A stretch of 64,000 bases of DNA from an uncultured delta proteobacterium (GTDB taxonomy: Bacteria; Desulfobacterota; RBG-13-43-22), in contig CAWDKY010000015.1 in the NCBI GenBank assembly GCA_963802945.1, forward strand, positions 288,001 to 352,000, given 5' to 3'. The position numbers and the translations under genes were made by a program. Below, piece by piece: positions 21,329-31,948 of the stretch. Every line of letters starts with the position of its first letter. Position 1 is the first letter of the stretch. The notes under the pieces were generated by a model. The model was not told where the DNA came from. It saw nothing but the letters and a program-made list of their open reading frames with translations, and ran no database searches.

Positions 21329-22018
21329 ATGTCTCAACCATTGATCACGATCAAAAATTTGGAAAAATATTTTATCAACAACCAGCATCGAGTGGAGGTA
21401 CTTAAAGGACTTGACCTTGAGCTTCACAGCCTGGATACCCTGGCTGTGGTAGGGGCCTCGGGAACCGGGAAATCCACTTTATTACATATCATGGGGACCC
21501 TGGACCGACCATCCGCAGGGCAGGTCCTGTTTGAAGGACAAAATATCTTTGAACAATCTGAAAAGGATCAGGCCCGGTTCCGCAATCAGAAAATCGGTTT
21601 TGTTTTCCAGTTTCATCATTTACTGCCGGAATTCACGGCCCTGGAAAACACCATGATGCCTCAATTGATCGCCGGTGAAAGCAAACCGGAAGCGCGGGAA
21701 AGAGCCAAAGAAATTCTGACCCAACTGGGTCTGAAAGAGCGTTTGTTCCACCGGATCGGAGAGCTTTCGGGCGGTGAACAGCAACGAGTGGCTATTGCCC
21801 GATCTTTAATTCGATCTCCCCAGCTAATCCTGGCCGATGAACCGACGGGAAATCTGGATCGAAAAACCGGGACCCAGATCATCGAACTGTTCAATCAACT
21901 CAATCAAGAAAAAGGGATAACCTTTTTGATGGTTACTCATAATCAGGATTTATCCAGACGATTCAAAAGAAATGTGAAAATCGTGGACGGCAAGGCCATA
22001 GAAGTGGCTATTAACTAG
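21329..22018 (+). CDS. lolD: lipoprotein-releasing ABC ATPase
   Basis: [39 protein letters not shown]. Confidence 0.93.
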   Translation: MSQPLITIKNLEKYFINNQHRVEVLKGLDLELHSLDTLAVVGASGTGKSTLLHIMGTLDRPSAGQVLFEGQNIFEQSEKDQARFRNQKIGFVFQFHHLLPEFTALENTMMPQLIAGESKPEARERAKEILTQLGLKERLFHRIGELSGGEQQRVAIARSLIRSPQLILADEPTGNLDRKTGTQIIELFNQLNQEKGITFLMVTHNQDLSRRFKRNVKIVDGKAIEVAIN

Positions 22019-22067
22019 CTAAGCTGTCGGAACTATCTCTAATGAAAGGATCTATAGGGAATCTCCT

Positions 22068-24722
22068 ATGCCGAAGAAAATCATTTTCATCTTGATGGTT
22101 TTTTCAATGATTCAATTTCTGAATAGGCCAAACGTCCAGGCTGCTTCAGAGGGCACAGTGGCCCTGATGCCTTTTACCATATACAGCCAGATCAACTTGG
22201 ACTATCTGCAACAAAATATTTTGGAGGCCCTTTCCAACGGATTAAGCCAACAAAATATCCCCGTCCTGCCCCTTTCCAAAACCCAACCTTGGCTGACCAA
22301 AAAGATCCCCAGTGACCGGAAAGAACTGCGGGCCATAGGAAAACAACTGGAAGCGGATTTCCTGATCTATGGCAGCCTGACCAAGATCGGTCAACGACTG
22401 ACCCTGAACGGAAATCTCCTGGAGATTAAGACCGAAAAACCCCCTCTGACCTTTTCCTTGACGGAAGAAGGATTGGAAAATATTCTGAAGTTAATGGAGA
22501 GATTTTCAAAAGAATTAGGGTTAAGGATTTTAGGTCAGGAAAAGATTGCCGGGATCTCCATTAAGGGGAATCAAAGGATTGAGGCCCAAGCCATAGAGAA
22601 AGAACTCAAATCAAAAATCGGTGAGGCCTATAGGCCGGAACTCCTGGATCAGGACCTTCGGGCCATTTTCAAAATGGGTTATTTTTCCGATGTAAAATTG
22701 GAGGTGAATCAAACCCCACAGGGGAAAGCGATCACCTTTGTGGTTGAGGAACGTCCTTTTGTTAAAAGAATCGATTTCAAAGGATACAAAGAAATCAAAG
22801 AGGATGACCTCAAAGAGCAGCTGACCATCAAGCCTTATACTATTTTAAATTTAAACACGGTTAATGAAACTTTGGAGAAGCTGACGGTCTATTACCAGTC
22901 AAAAGGATATTATAATGTCCAGATTACTTATTCGGTTACTTACGAGGAAAAAGGGCAAGGTGCTGTAATCGTCTATACTATCGTGGAAGGGAAAAAAGTC
23001 TATATCAAAACTATTGCCTTCCAAGGGAACAAAAGTTTTTCTGAAAAAAAACTGAAAGCCATCATGGAAACCAATGAGAAGGGGATTTTTTCCTGGATCA
23101 CATCCTCCGGTGTTTATAAAAAGGAGTTGCTGGAACAGGACCTGGAAAAATTATCTTCCTTTTATTACAACCATGGATACTTAAAGGCCAAAGTGGGGGA
23201 ACCAACCGTCCGGCACGAAGGAAACTGGTTGTATTTAACCATCCCTATCGAGGAAGGGCAGCCTTATCACATGGGTCAGGTGGGCGTCAGCGGGGATTTG
23301 ATTCAACCTCAAGACAAATTAATGACCTCCTTGGCCATTACCAAAGAAAATTTTTATAATCGAGAGGTGATCCGCAAGGATATTTTGATGCTTAATGATC
23401 TTTATGCCTCTGAAGGGTATGCCTTTGTCGAAATCAACCCTCAAATCAAGGAAGATCCGTCCGGTTTCAAGGTTGATCTCGTTTATGATATCAAAAAAGG
23501 GTCCAAGGTTTATTTCGAACACATTGACATTGTCGGAAACGTAAAAACCCGGGATAAAGTCATTCGAAGGGAATTCAAGATGTCAGAAAAAGACCTTTTT
23601 GATCCCACGGCCCTCAGGAAAACCAATGAAAACCTACACCGCTTGGATTTTTTCGAAGAGATCAATCTTTCGACTTCTCCGGGCAGCCAGGAAGATCGCA
23701 TGAAATTGAAGGTGGAAGTCAAGGAAAAGATGACCGGCTCCTTTTCCGTGGGGGCGGGATACAGTGCCGTAGAACAGGTTTTGCTTATGGGGCAGATTGC
23801 TGAAAAGAATCTTTTTGGGACCGGAAACCGTATAAGCCTGGATGCCCAACTCGGGGCCGTGACCACCCTTTATAGACTGAGTTTTTTCCAGCCCTACCTA
23901 TTTGATACCCAGATTTCATGTGATAGCAGTATTTATAAATGGATCTATCTCTATGATCAATACGAGAAAGACAGTTACGGAGGATCGTTGACTTTCGGCT
24001 ATCCTATCCCGATAGAATACACCAGGGCGTTTCTTACCTATGCTTACGAGGACGCCAGCGTGACTCAGGTTCATGATGACGCCGCTCAGGTTATCAAGGA
24101 TATGGCCGGCGAACATCAAACCAGCAGTGTTACTTTAACCCTTAAAAGGGATACGAGGGATTCGATCTTTAATACCACCAAGGGTTCGATTAATAGTGTT
24201 TCTGTGACATATGCCGGCGGCCCTCTCGGAGGAAGCAATTATTTTACCAGGTATGTCGCCACTTCAGGTTGGTATTTCCCCCTTTTTTGGGACACTACTT
24301 TTTTTGTTGGCGGCAAAGGGGGGTATATTACCCAAAATTCCGGGGGAGATTTGCCCCTGTATGAAAAATTTTATTTAGGCGGCATCAATTCGCTTCGGGG
24401 ATTTAAAGTTTTCTCCGTCAGCCCTTTGGATCCAAGAACTTACGACCCGATCGGCGGCGAGCAGATGGTGCAATTTAATGTGGAATATATATTTCCCTTG
24501 GTTCCAAAGATCGGGATTAAGGGACTTGTTTTCTTTGATGCTGGCAATGTTTTTAGCAAAGACCAGACGTTTGATTTAGGGTCCTTACGACAAAGCGTGG
24601 GGGTGGGAATCCGTTGGTACTCCCCGATGGGGCCTCTGCGCCTGGAATTTGGCTGGGATTTTAATCCCCAGCCCCACGATCAGACCGACCCCATAGAATT
24701 CAGTATAGGGGGATCTTTTTAA
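22068..24722 (+). CDS. bamA: outer membrane protein assembly factor BamA with an extra N-terminal domain
   Basis: POTRA repeats (GN..TRDKVIRRE), LRGF loop, SPMGPLRL, C-terminal F. Confidence 0.95.
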   Translation: MPKKIIFILMVFSMIQFLNRPNVQAASEGTVALMPFTIYSQINLDYLQQNILEALSNGLSQQNIPVLPLSKTQPWLTKKIPSDRKELRAIGKQLEADFLIYGSLTKIGQRLTLNGNLLEIKTEKPPLTFSLTEEGLENILKLMERFSKELGLRILGQEKIAGISIKGNQRIEAQAIEKELKSKIGEAYRPELLDQDLRAIFKMGYFSDVKLEVNQTPQGKAITFVVEERPFVKRIDFKGYKEIKEDDLKEQLTIKPYTILNLNTVNETLEKLTVYYQSKGYYNVQITYSVTYEEKGQGAVIVYTIVEGKKVYIKTIAFQGNKSFSEKKLKAIMETNEKGIFSWITSSGVYKKELLEQDLEKLSSFYYNHGYLKAKVGEPTVRHEGNWLYLTIPIEEGQPYHMGQVGVSGDLIQPQDKLMTSLAITKENFYNREVIRKDILMLNDLYASEGYAFVEINPQIKEDPSGFKVDLVYDIKKGSKVYFEHIDIVGNVKTRDKVIRREFKMSEKDLFDPTALRKTNENLHRLDFFEEINLSTSPGSQEDRMKLKVEVKEKMTGSFSVGAGYSAVEQVLLMGQIAEKNLFGTGNRISLDAQLGAVTTLYRLSFFQPYLFDTQISCDSSIYKWIYLYDQYEKDSYGGSLTFGYPIPIEYTRAFLTYAYEDASVTQVHDDAAQVIKDMAGEHQTSSVTLTLKRDTRDSIFNTTKGSINSVSVTYAGGPLGGSNYFTRYVATSGWYFPLFWDTTFFVGGKGGYITQNSGGDLPLYEKFYLGGINSLRGFKVFSVSPLDPRTYDPIGGEQMVQFNVEYIFPLVPKIGIKGLVFFDAGNVFSKDQTFDLGSLRQSVGVGIRWYSPMGPLRLEFGWDFNPQPHDQTDPIEFSIGGSF

Positions 24723-24732
24723 CACGAAAGTA

Positions 24733-24798
24733 GGGTTCGAGGATTCCAGGATTCGAGTCCCGTCTGTGGCGGGATTGGCCCCGGGACCCCAGGAATCC
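24733..24798. repeat. intergenic tandem-octamer hairpin (GGRTTCRA units) with inner TCCCG/CGGGA mini-hairpin
   Basis: GGGTTCGA-GGATTCCA-GGATTCGA ... TTGGCCCC-GGGACCCC-AGGAATCC. Confidence 0.75.
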
Positions 24799-24828
24799 TT
24801 TTAATTAATATCAGTCAGGAGACCAAAT

Positions 24829-25374
24829 ATGATCAAATTTTTTTTAAAAAGTACTGTTTTTGTGTCTGGTATTATTCTTCTATGGGTTGCCGTTCCTTCC
24901 TGGGCCGCCGAGTCTGTTAAAGTCGGAATTATTGATTTACAGAAATGCATCCAGCAATCCGAGGCCGGCAAAAGGGCTTCGAAAATTCTGCAAGACAAAG
25001 CGGATCACATCAAAAAGGATTTGGAAGCCAAACGGGAAGAATTGAAGAAACTGAGCGAGGATTTCAATAAAAAAAGCCAAGTCCTGAGTGCAGATGCCAA
25101 GAGAGAAAGAGAACAGGAACTGATCCAGAAAGATGCAGATTTAAGGGAACTGGTTCGTAAAAAAGAAGAAGAAATGCACAAAGATGAATATAACGCCATG
25201 CAGCCTCTTTTAAATGAGTTGTTTGAGATTACCAAAAAAATGGCCAAAGATGAAGGTTTTACCCTGATCCTGGAGTCCAAAACCGGGGTGGTTTATTTCA
25301 ATAAACCCGTCGAGGAAATAACCGATAAAGTCATCAAAATCGCCAACGAAACCAAAAAGGAAAAAAAGAAATAA
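24829..25374 (+). CDS. skp: Skp/OmpH periplasmic chaperone
   Basis: KVGIIDLQK...SEAGK, coiled coil, EITDKVI; follows bamA. Confidence 0.92.
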   Translation: MIKFFLKSTVFVSGIILLWVAVPSWAAESVKVGIIDLQKCIQQSEAGKRASKILQDKADHIKKDLEAKREELKKLSEDFNKKSQVLSADAKREREQELIQKDADLRELVRKKEEEMHKDEYNAMQPLLNELFEITKKMAKDEGFTLILESKTGVVYFNKPVEEITDKVIKIANETKKEKKK

Positions 25375-25376
25375 GC

Positions 25377-26463
25377 ATGAAGACGCCGGCGGCATCCCCT
25401 TCTGGGGTATCTTTGGAGCAACTGGCCCGGCTGGTTGGAGGAGAGGTCCGAGGGGTCTGTGAGAATTTGGTTGTCGGTATTACCGGGATCCGGGAGGCCC
25501 AAAAGGGTCAGATCACTTTTTTGAGTAATCCCAAATACGGCAAAGACCTGGAAACGACCCAGGCTTCGGCCGTTATTGTGGGATCGCCAATTTCCTCAAA
25601 CCTCCAAAGCCTTTATTAATAACCTCCAATCCTTATCTGGCCTATGCCAGGATCGCCCAGTTTTTTGCCCCCAACCCGATCACCCATGGGCATCAGTTCC
25701 TTGGCCCATTGCGGTGAGGATTGCCGAATCGGGGAAAAGGTCTCCATTTATCCCTTTGTCTATCTGGGAAACCGGGTGGAGATTGAAGACGGTGTTATTC
25801 TTTATCCCGGGGTTTATGTGGGGGATTCGGTCCGGATCGGGAAGGATTCCATTATTTATCCCAACGTTTCCATCCTTTCGGGAACCATCATCGGGCAACG
25901 GGTTATCATTCACAGCGGGACGGTGATCGGTAGTGACGGTTTTGGTTTTGCCCAGGACGGGATGATCCATGTCAAGATTCCTCAAACGGGCATCGTCCAG
26001 ATTGACGATGACTGCGAAATCGGGGCCAATAATACCATCGACCGGGCGGCCTTGGGCAAGACCTGGATCAAGACCGGGGTTAAAACAGACAACTTGGTTC
26101 ATGTGGCCCATAATGTGGTGGTCGGTGAACACTCTCTTCTGATCGCCCAGGTGGGTATCTCTGGGAGTACCACCTTGGGTAAAGGGGTCATTCTGGCCGG
26201 CCAGGTCGGTGTGGTCGGGCATATCACCATCGGGGATGGGGTTATGGTGGGGGCCAAATCGGGGGTGGCTAAATCCATTCCAGCCGGTGAAGTGGTTTCG
26301 GGAATACCGACAATGCCACATCAGACCTTTTTACGCACCCGATTTCTCATTCAACGATTGCCTAAGATGGACAAAATAAATACGGGCCTTGGAAGATCGG
26401 GTTCGTCTCTTGGAGGCTGAGATCACAAAAGAGAGAAAGAAAGACTATGGAAATAAGTCATGA
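25377..26463 (+). CDS. lpxD: UDP-3-O-acylglucosamine N-acyltransferase (several frameshifts, 25590-25685 and ~26375)
   Basis: [20 protein letters not shown] (in a third frame), [26 protein letters not shown]; hexapeptide repeats. Confidence 0.93.
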
Positions 26464-26911
26464 GGAAATCCAAAAGATTCTGCCCCATCGATATCCCTTT
26501 TTACTGCTGGATCGGATATTGGAATTCACTCTAAATGAGAAGGTGATCGGTTTGAAAAATGTGACGATCAATGAACCTTTTTTCCAGGGTCATTTCCCGG
26601 GAAAACCGATCATGCCCGGAGTATTGATTATTGAGGCTATGGCCCAGGCCGGAGGGATCCTGGCTGTTAAATCCAACTTCCAACAACTGGGAAACAAACT
26701 AGCCTATTTCCTGGCCATCGATAAAGTTAAGTTCAGAAAACCGGTGGTTCCGGGAGATCAACTAATTTTGGAATTGACGGCCTTACGCCGGGGGCAAAAG
26801 GTCTGGAAGATGCAGGGCAAGGCCTTTGTCCGGGAAAGTTTAGTGGCTGAGGCGGAACTAACCGCCTCTTTTTCTGATGATAAAGATACGCCGCCCGGTG
26901 AGGAGGTTTAA
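26447..26911 (+). CDS. fabZ: 3-hydroxyacyl-ACP dehydratase
   Basis: [31 protein letters not shown]. Confidence 0.96.
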   Translation: MEISHEEIQKILPHRYPFLLLDRILEFTLNEKVIGLKNVTINEPFFQGHFPGKPIMPGVLIIEAMAQAGGILAVKSNFQQLGNKLAYFLAIDKVKFRKPVVPGDQLILELTALRRGQKVWKMQGKAFVRESLVAEAELTASFSDDKDTPPGEEV

Positions 26912-27693
26912 TGTCTAAATATGCCATTCATCCAACAGCTATCATAGGCCCTCAAACCAAACTGGGAGAAAATGTCTCTATCGGACCGTACTCGATAATC
27001 GAAGAAGAAGTTTTTATTGATTCCGGGACTCAAATCGGGGCTCATGTATTTATCGATCGCTACACCCGAATCGGAAAGAATTGCCTGATTTCCCCTTTTG
27101 CCTCTATCGGCGGCCCGCCTCAGGATTTAAAATTCAAAGGGGAAAAAACCAACTTGATTATTGGCGATGAAAACAACATTCGCGAATATGTCACGATCAA
27201 CCGAGGAACTGCAGGAGGAGGAGGTTCAACCACCATAGGTAATCAGAACCTGTTAATGGCCTATTGTCATGTGGGGCATGATTGCCAATTGGGTAATGGA
27301 ATTATTATGGGTAATTTAACCACGTTGGCCGGTCATGTGGTCCTCGAAGATTATTCCCGTCTTTATGCCCTGGTAGCTGTCCAACAATTCGTCCGGGTGG
27401 GTGCCTATGCCATGGTAGGAGGAAAAACAGGGGTATTAAAGGATATTCCTCCTTATGTTATTGTCTCTGGGGATAGGGCCAAATTATTCGGCCTGAACAC
27501 CATTGGATTGAAACGCCATAATTTTTCCAATGAAACGATTGAGGCGCTTAAAAAGGCTTACCAGATTATGATTCGCTCCCATTTGATCCTCAAAGAGGCC
27601 CTGAAGCGGGTTGAAAAGGAGGTCCCTGCCTTTCCGGAGGTAACCCGGTTTTTGGACTTTATTAGAAATTCACAACAAGGAATAACCCGCTGA
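26911..27693 (+). CDS. lpxA: UDP-GlcNAc acyltransferase
   Basis: IHPTAII, PQDLKF, IREYVTINRGT, HVGHDC, GLNTIGLKR. Confidence 0.95.
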   Translation: MSKYAIHPTAIIGPQTKLGENVSIGPYSIIEEEVFIDSGTQIGAHVFIDRYTRIGKNCLISPFASIGGPPQDLKFKGEKTNLIIGDENNIREYVTINRGTAGGGGSTTIGNQNLLMAYCHVGHDCQLGNGIIMGNLTTLAGHVVLEDYSRLYALVAVQQFVRVGAYAMVGGKTGVLKDIPPYVIVSGDRAKLFGLNTIGLKRHNFSNETIEALKKAYQIMIRSHLILKEALKRVEKEVPAFPEVTRFLDFIRNSQQGITR

Positions 27694-28505
27694 TGATGAA
27701 ACAAGCTCCCATTGGGCTTATCGCCGGTAATGGAAATTTCCCCCTGTTGATCGCCAAAGCGGCCCGGCAGGAAGGAAAAAAAATTGTGGCCATAGCTCAT
27801 GTGGGAGAAACGCTTCCGGAACTGGAGCCCCTGGTGGATAAAATTTTTTGGATCCGTCTCGGGGAATTCGGGAAATTAGTCCGCACACTGCAAAAGGAAG
27901 GGGTTAAAGAAGTCCTGATGGCTGGCCGGGTGGATAAAAAAAAGATGTTTTCCAAAGCCCAACCAGATACGGAAGGGCGAGATCTCCTTAGTAGGCTGGT
28001 GCATCGGAAGGACGACTTAGTCTTGCGAATGGTTGCCGCCGAATTAGAAAAAAAAGGATTTCACGTTTGTTCTTCTACTGCATTTCTACCCTCTTTATTG
28101 GCCCCTCAGGGGGTCTTGACCAGGCGTCATCCTACTGCCGAGGAAGAAAAGGACATTGAATTCGGGTGGCCCCTGGCCAAGGAACTCGGTAAGCTCGATA
28201 TCGGACAGTGCTTGGTGGTTCGAAACAGGGCTGTAGTGTCTGTGGAAGCCATTGAAGGAACCGATGAGACCATAAGGAGAGGGGGTAAACTGGCCCAAGA
28301 AAAGGCAGTGGTCATTAAGGTCAGTAAGCCGATACAAGACCTTCGCTTTGATCTGCCGGCTGTTGGAGAGAAGACCATTCTGACTATGCATGAAGTCCAA
28401 GCCGGGGTTTTGGCCATAGAGGCTCATAAAACTATTATCTTTAACCGGGAGGAGACTGTTCGATTGGCAAATAGGTATAGGATGGTAATTGTTTCGAGGG
28501 AGTAA
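27693..28505 (+). CDS. lpxI: UDP-2,3-diacylglucosamine pyrophosphatase LpxI
   Basis: GLIAGNGNFP, LDIGQ, EAIEGTD, QDLRFDLPAVG. Confidence 0.92.
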   Translation: MMKQAPIGLIAGNGNFPLLIAKAARQEGKKIVAIAHVGETLPELEPLVDKIFWIRLGEFGKLVRTLQKEGVKEVLMAGRVDKKKMFSKAQPDTEGRDLLSRLVHRKDDLVLRMVAAELEKKGFHVCSSTAFLPSLLAPQGVLTRRHPTAEEEKDIEFGWPLAKELGKLDIGQCLVVRNRAVVSVEAIEGTDETIRRGGKLAQEKAVVIKVSKPIQDLRFDLPAVGEKTILTMHEVQAGVLAIEAHKTIIFNREETVRLANRYRMVIVSRE

Positions 28506-28592
28506 AAATAAAAAACGTTCGTCGTTCGGCGACCCCAGTTTTTATGGTTTTACTGTTCGCCGCAAGCAGGCATGAGAGCTTACTAAAAACGA

Positions 28593-28943
28593 ATGAATAA
28601 AGTCAAAGTCGGCATAGCCGGGGTCGGACACCTAGGGAAATACCATTGGGAAAAATCTGCCCAAATGCCGGATGTGGCATTGGTGGGTATGGCCGAGATT
28701 CTCCTAGAGCGACGGAAAGCCATTTCAAGGCAATATGATATCTCCTGGTATGAAGATTATCATCGACTGATTCCCAAAATTGCAGCTGTCAGTATCGTTG
28801 TGCCGACCATCCTACACGCCCGGGTGGCTAAGGATTTTTTACACCACCGAATCGATGCCTTGATTGAAAAGCCCATCAGTCGATCCCCAGTTGAGGCGGA
28901 AGAATTGATTTCTCTGGCCAAAACGAAGGAGCTAAGCGATTAA
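28593..28943 (+). pseudogene. truncated Gfo/Idh/MocA oxidoreductase (GnnA-like), NAD-binding domain only
   Basis: G.G.LG..H, VVPT..H, LIEKP; stops at 116 aa and lpxB follows directly. Confidence 0.75.
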
Positions 28944-30076
28944 AAAAATATGTGTCATCGCCGGGGAAGCCTCTGGAGACCTCCATGGGGCTTCACTAGT
29001 TAAGGCCTTAATCCAATTGGGCGATCCCGTTTCCTTTTTCGGGTTAGGGGGCCCGCTCATGAAGGAGATGGGGGTCAAGATGGTCTATCCCCCCCCCTTT
29101 GAATGTAATAGGTTTTACCGAGGTGATTTTTAAGATTTCTCATTTATTCAAGGCCTATCAAAAGATCAAGGGGGTATTGCGGAAAACAAAACCTGATTTA
29201 CTGATACTGATCGATTATCCCGACATGAATCTTCGACTGGCCAAAGCGGCTCACAAGGAAAAGATACCGGTTTTGTATTATATCAGTCCCCAGGTCTGGG
29301 CTTGGCGGTCCAGGCGAGTCAAAAGCATTGCTCGTTTTGTCGATCGGTTGGCGGTTATCCTCCCCTTTGAAGTGGAGTTTTATAAATCCTTTGGCGTCGA
29401 TGTTGAATTTGTAGGTCACCCGCTTTTGGATAGGATGAAAATAGGGACCCGGCAAGAAGGGGCACCTTCGCCGGGTCATTTTCAGGATCAAACCCTGATC
29501 GGCCTCTTTCCCGGAAGCCGGCCTACGGAAATAAAGGCCATACTACCCTTGCTGTTAGAGACTGCCGCTCGATTGACCAGGAAATACGGACACAGGATTC
29601 GATTTGTCCTCCCGGTAGCCAGCACCCTGGATTCCAAACCTATCCGAGAAAAAATTCGGCCGTATCAGGACAAAGGGGTTTTGCTGGAATTGGCCTCTGA
29701 GGATTCTCAGAAGACCATGGGCCAGTGCCAGCTGGCCATAATGGCTTCCGGCACGGTTACCCTGGAGGCGGCTATCTTAGGTATCCCGATGCTTATTGTT
29801 TATAAGACCTCTCCGGTCAATTACTGGATTGCCCGGCAGCTGATTGATGTGCCTTATGTGGGACTGGTCAATTGGGTGGCCGGGAAAAAAATTATCCCCG
29901 AATATATTCAAAATGAGGCCTCGCCGGAAGCGCTTACGGAGGGGGCCAAGTGTTATCTGGAGGACCCTAGGTATTATCAAAATATTCGCAGTGCCCTTTT
30001 AAGGGTGAGAGAGAAATTAGGCAAGCCCGGGGCATCTATGCGGGTAGCCCAACTGGCCAGGGAGATGATGAAGTGA
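28939..30076 (+). CDS. lpxB: lipid A disaccharide synthase (frameshift in poly-C 29089-29097; apparent ATT start)
   Basis: KKICVIAGEASGDLHG upstream of the ORF-track piece; IDYPD.N, SPQVWAWR, ILPFE, VGHPL, PGSR, SGTVTLE. Confidence 0.93.
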
Positions 30077-30086
30077 AAGCAATGCA

Positions 30087-30165
30087 GGGTTCAAGGACTC
30101 AAGGGGTCCAGGATTCGAGGGAATGGCTAAGAAACAAATTTTTGAACCCTCGCATTCTTGAATCC
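30087..30165. repeat. intergenic tandem-octamer hairpin (GGRTTCRA units)
   Basis: GGGTTCAA-GGACTCAA-GGGGTCCA-GGATTCGA ... TTGAACCC-TCGCATTC-TTGAATCC. Confidence 0.8.
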
Positions 30166-30186
30166 TGATTTATAACAACGGTTACT

Positions 30187-31917
30187 ATGATTACCCAACG
30201 AATTATTCAACTCATTAAACCTTACTGGCTCCGGTTAGCGGCCGCCATGTTCTGCATGCTGGTGGTGGCCGGGGCCACCTCTTTGATGGCCTATATGCTT
30301 AAACCGGTTATTGATGAGATCTTTATTCAAAAGAACATATCGAGACTTTCTTTTTTACCTCCTTTTATTATCCTTCTATTTTTTATTAAAGGCTTCTTTA
30401 ATTACTGGCAGTCTTTTCTGATGAGTTTTGTGGGAGAAAAGATTATTGCCAATTTGAGGGAGGGGCTCTATGCCCACTTGCAAAAACTTTCCCTGTCCTA
30501 TTTTGACCGCACCGCAACCGGTCTGCTCATGTCCCGAATTACCAACGATGTCACCTTAATTCAGGGGGCGGTTTCCAGTGCAGTAACTGGCATCCTCAAA
30601 GATTCCTTTACCATCCTGGGTCTGATCGGGGTTATCTTTTATCAGGATTGGCAGTTGGCCATCCTGGCCATGTTGGTGTTCCCGATTGCAGTGTTCCCTA
30701 TTGTTAAATTCGGCCGGATGCTTCGGAAGATCAGTACCCAAAGTCAAAAGACTATGGCCGATATTTCCATTCACCTGCATGAAACCTTGTTTGGAAATCG
30801 GATCATCAAGGCCTTCAATACCGAAAACCATGAGATTGAACGCTTCAATCAGAAGGTCCGGAAATATTTTCAATTAACCATGAAGGATGTTTCCATCAAG
30901 TCCATAACTCCTCCGATTATGGAATTTCTAGGAGGTATCGGTATTGCTGCCATTATCTGGTATGGGGGATACCAGGTCATTAAAGGTTATTCCACCCCGG
31001 GAACTTTCTTTTCATTTTTAACGGCCCTGTTGATGCTCTATGAGCCGATAAAACATTTAAGCGGGGTCAACAGTACGATTCAACAAGGGATGGCAGCAGG
31101 CATCAGGGTTTTTGAAGTCATGGACATCCCCGAGGAAATTCGTGATCATGAGGGGGCCAAAGCCATCAATGGAATCCGAGAGGGAATTATTTTTAATAAC
31201 GTGTCTTTTGGATATGGAAACGATTGGGTACTCAAAGGAATTGATCTTGAAGTAAAGGTCGGGGAAATTATTGCTATAGTCGGCACCAGCGGCGGCGGCA
31301 AAACAACCCTGGTCAACCTGATCCCCAGGTTTTATGAGGCCAGTGAAGGTGACATTTTAATTGACAACCGGTCCATTAAAGCCATCACTCAGGCCTCTTT
31401 GCGCCGGCAGATCGGCATGGTTACCCAGCAGACCATCCTGTTTAACGATACGGTCCATAACAATATCGCCTATGGCTCTCCGGAGAAAACGGAAGACGAA
31501 ATCATCCGAGCGGCTCAAGCCGCTTATGCCTATGATTTCATCCAGCGGCTTCCGGAAAAAATAGACACGATGATCGGTGAACATGGGGTTCGCCTTTCCG
31601 GAGGGGAAAGGCAGCGTATTGCTATCGCCCGGGCATTACTCAAGGATGCCCCCATCTTGATCCTGGATGAAGCCACTTCTTCCCTGGATTCGGATTCGGA
31701 AGCGGAAGTCCAGCGGGCCCTGGAAAACCTGATGAAAGGACGGACTACATTTATTATAGCTCACCGCTTTTCCACCATTCGGAATGTGGATCGGATTATC
31801 GTCCTGGCCGATGGAAGGATTGTTGAGGAGGGCAACCACGACCGTCTGATGGCCTTAAACGGAGAATACAAAAGACTCTATGAAATCCAGTTTAGGGAAA
31901 ATGGAACTATGGAGTGA
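30187..31917 (+). CDS. msbA: lipid A export ABC transporter
   Basis: TMD plus NBD (GTSGGGKTT, LSGGERQR, LDEATSSLD); follows lpxB. Confidence 0.92.
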   Translation: MITQRIIQLIKPYWLRLAAAMFCMLVVAGATSLMAYMLKPVIDEIFIQKNISRLSFLPPFIILLFFIKGFFNYWQSFLMSFVGEKIIANLREGLYAHLQKLSLSYFDRTATGLLMSRITNDVTLIQGAVSSAVTGILKDSFTILGLIGVIFYQDWQLAILAMLVFPIAVFPIVKFGRMLRKISTQSQKTMADISIHLHETLFGNRIIKAFNTENHEIERFNQKVRKYFQLTMKDVSIKSITPPIMEFLGGIGIAAIIWYGGYQVIKGYSTPGTFFSFLTALLMLYEPIKHLSGVNSTIQQGMAAGIRVFEVMDIPEEIRDHEGAKAINGIREGIIFNNVSFGYGNDWVLKGIDLEVKVGEIIAIVGTSGGGKTTLVNLIPRFYEASEGDILIDNRSIKAITQASLRRQIGMVTQQTILFNDTVHNNIAYGSPEKTEDEIIRAAQAAYAYDFIQRLPEKIDTMIGEHGVRLSGGERQRIAIARALLKDAPILILDEATSSLDSDSEAEVQRALENLMKGRTTFIIAHRFSTIRNVDRIIVLADGRIVEEGNHDRLMALNGEYKRLYEIQFRENGTME

Positions 31918-31948
31918 TTGAGGATTTCAGGTTATCTGATTCTTATTA

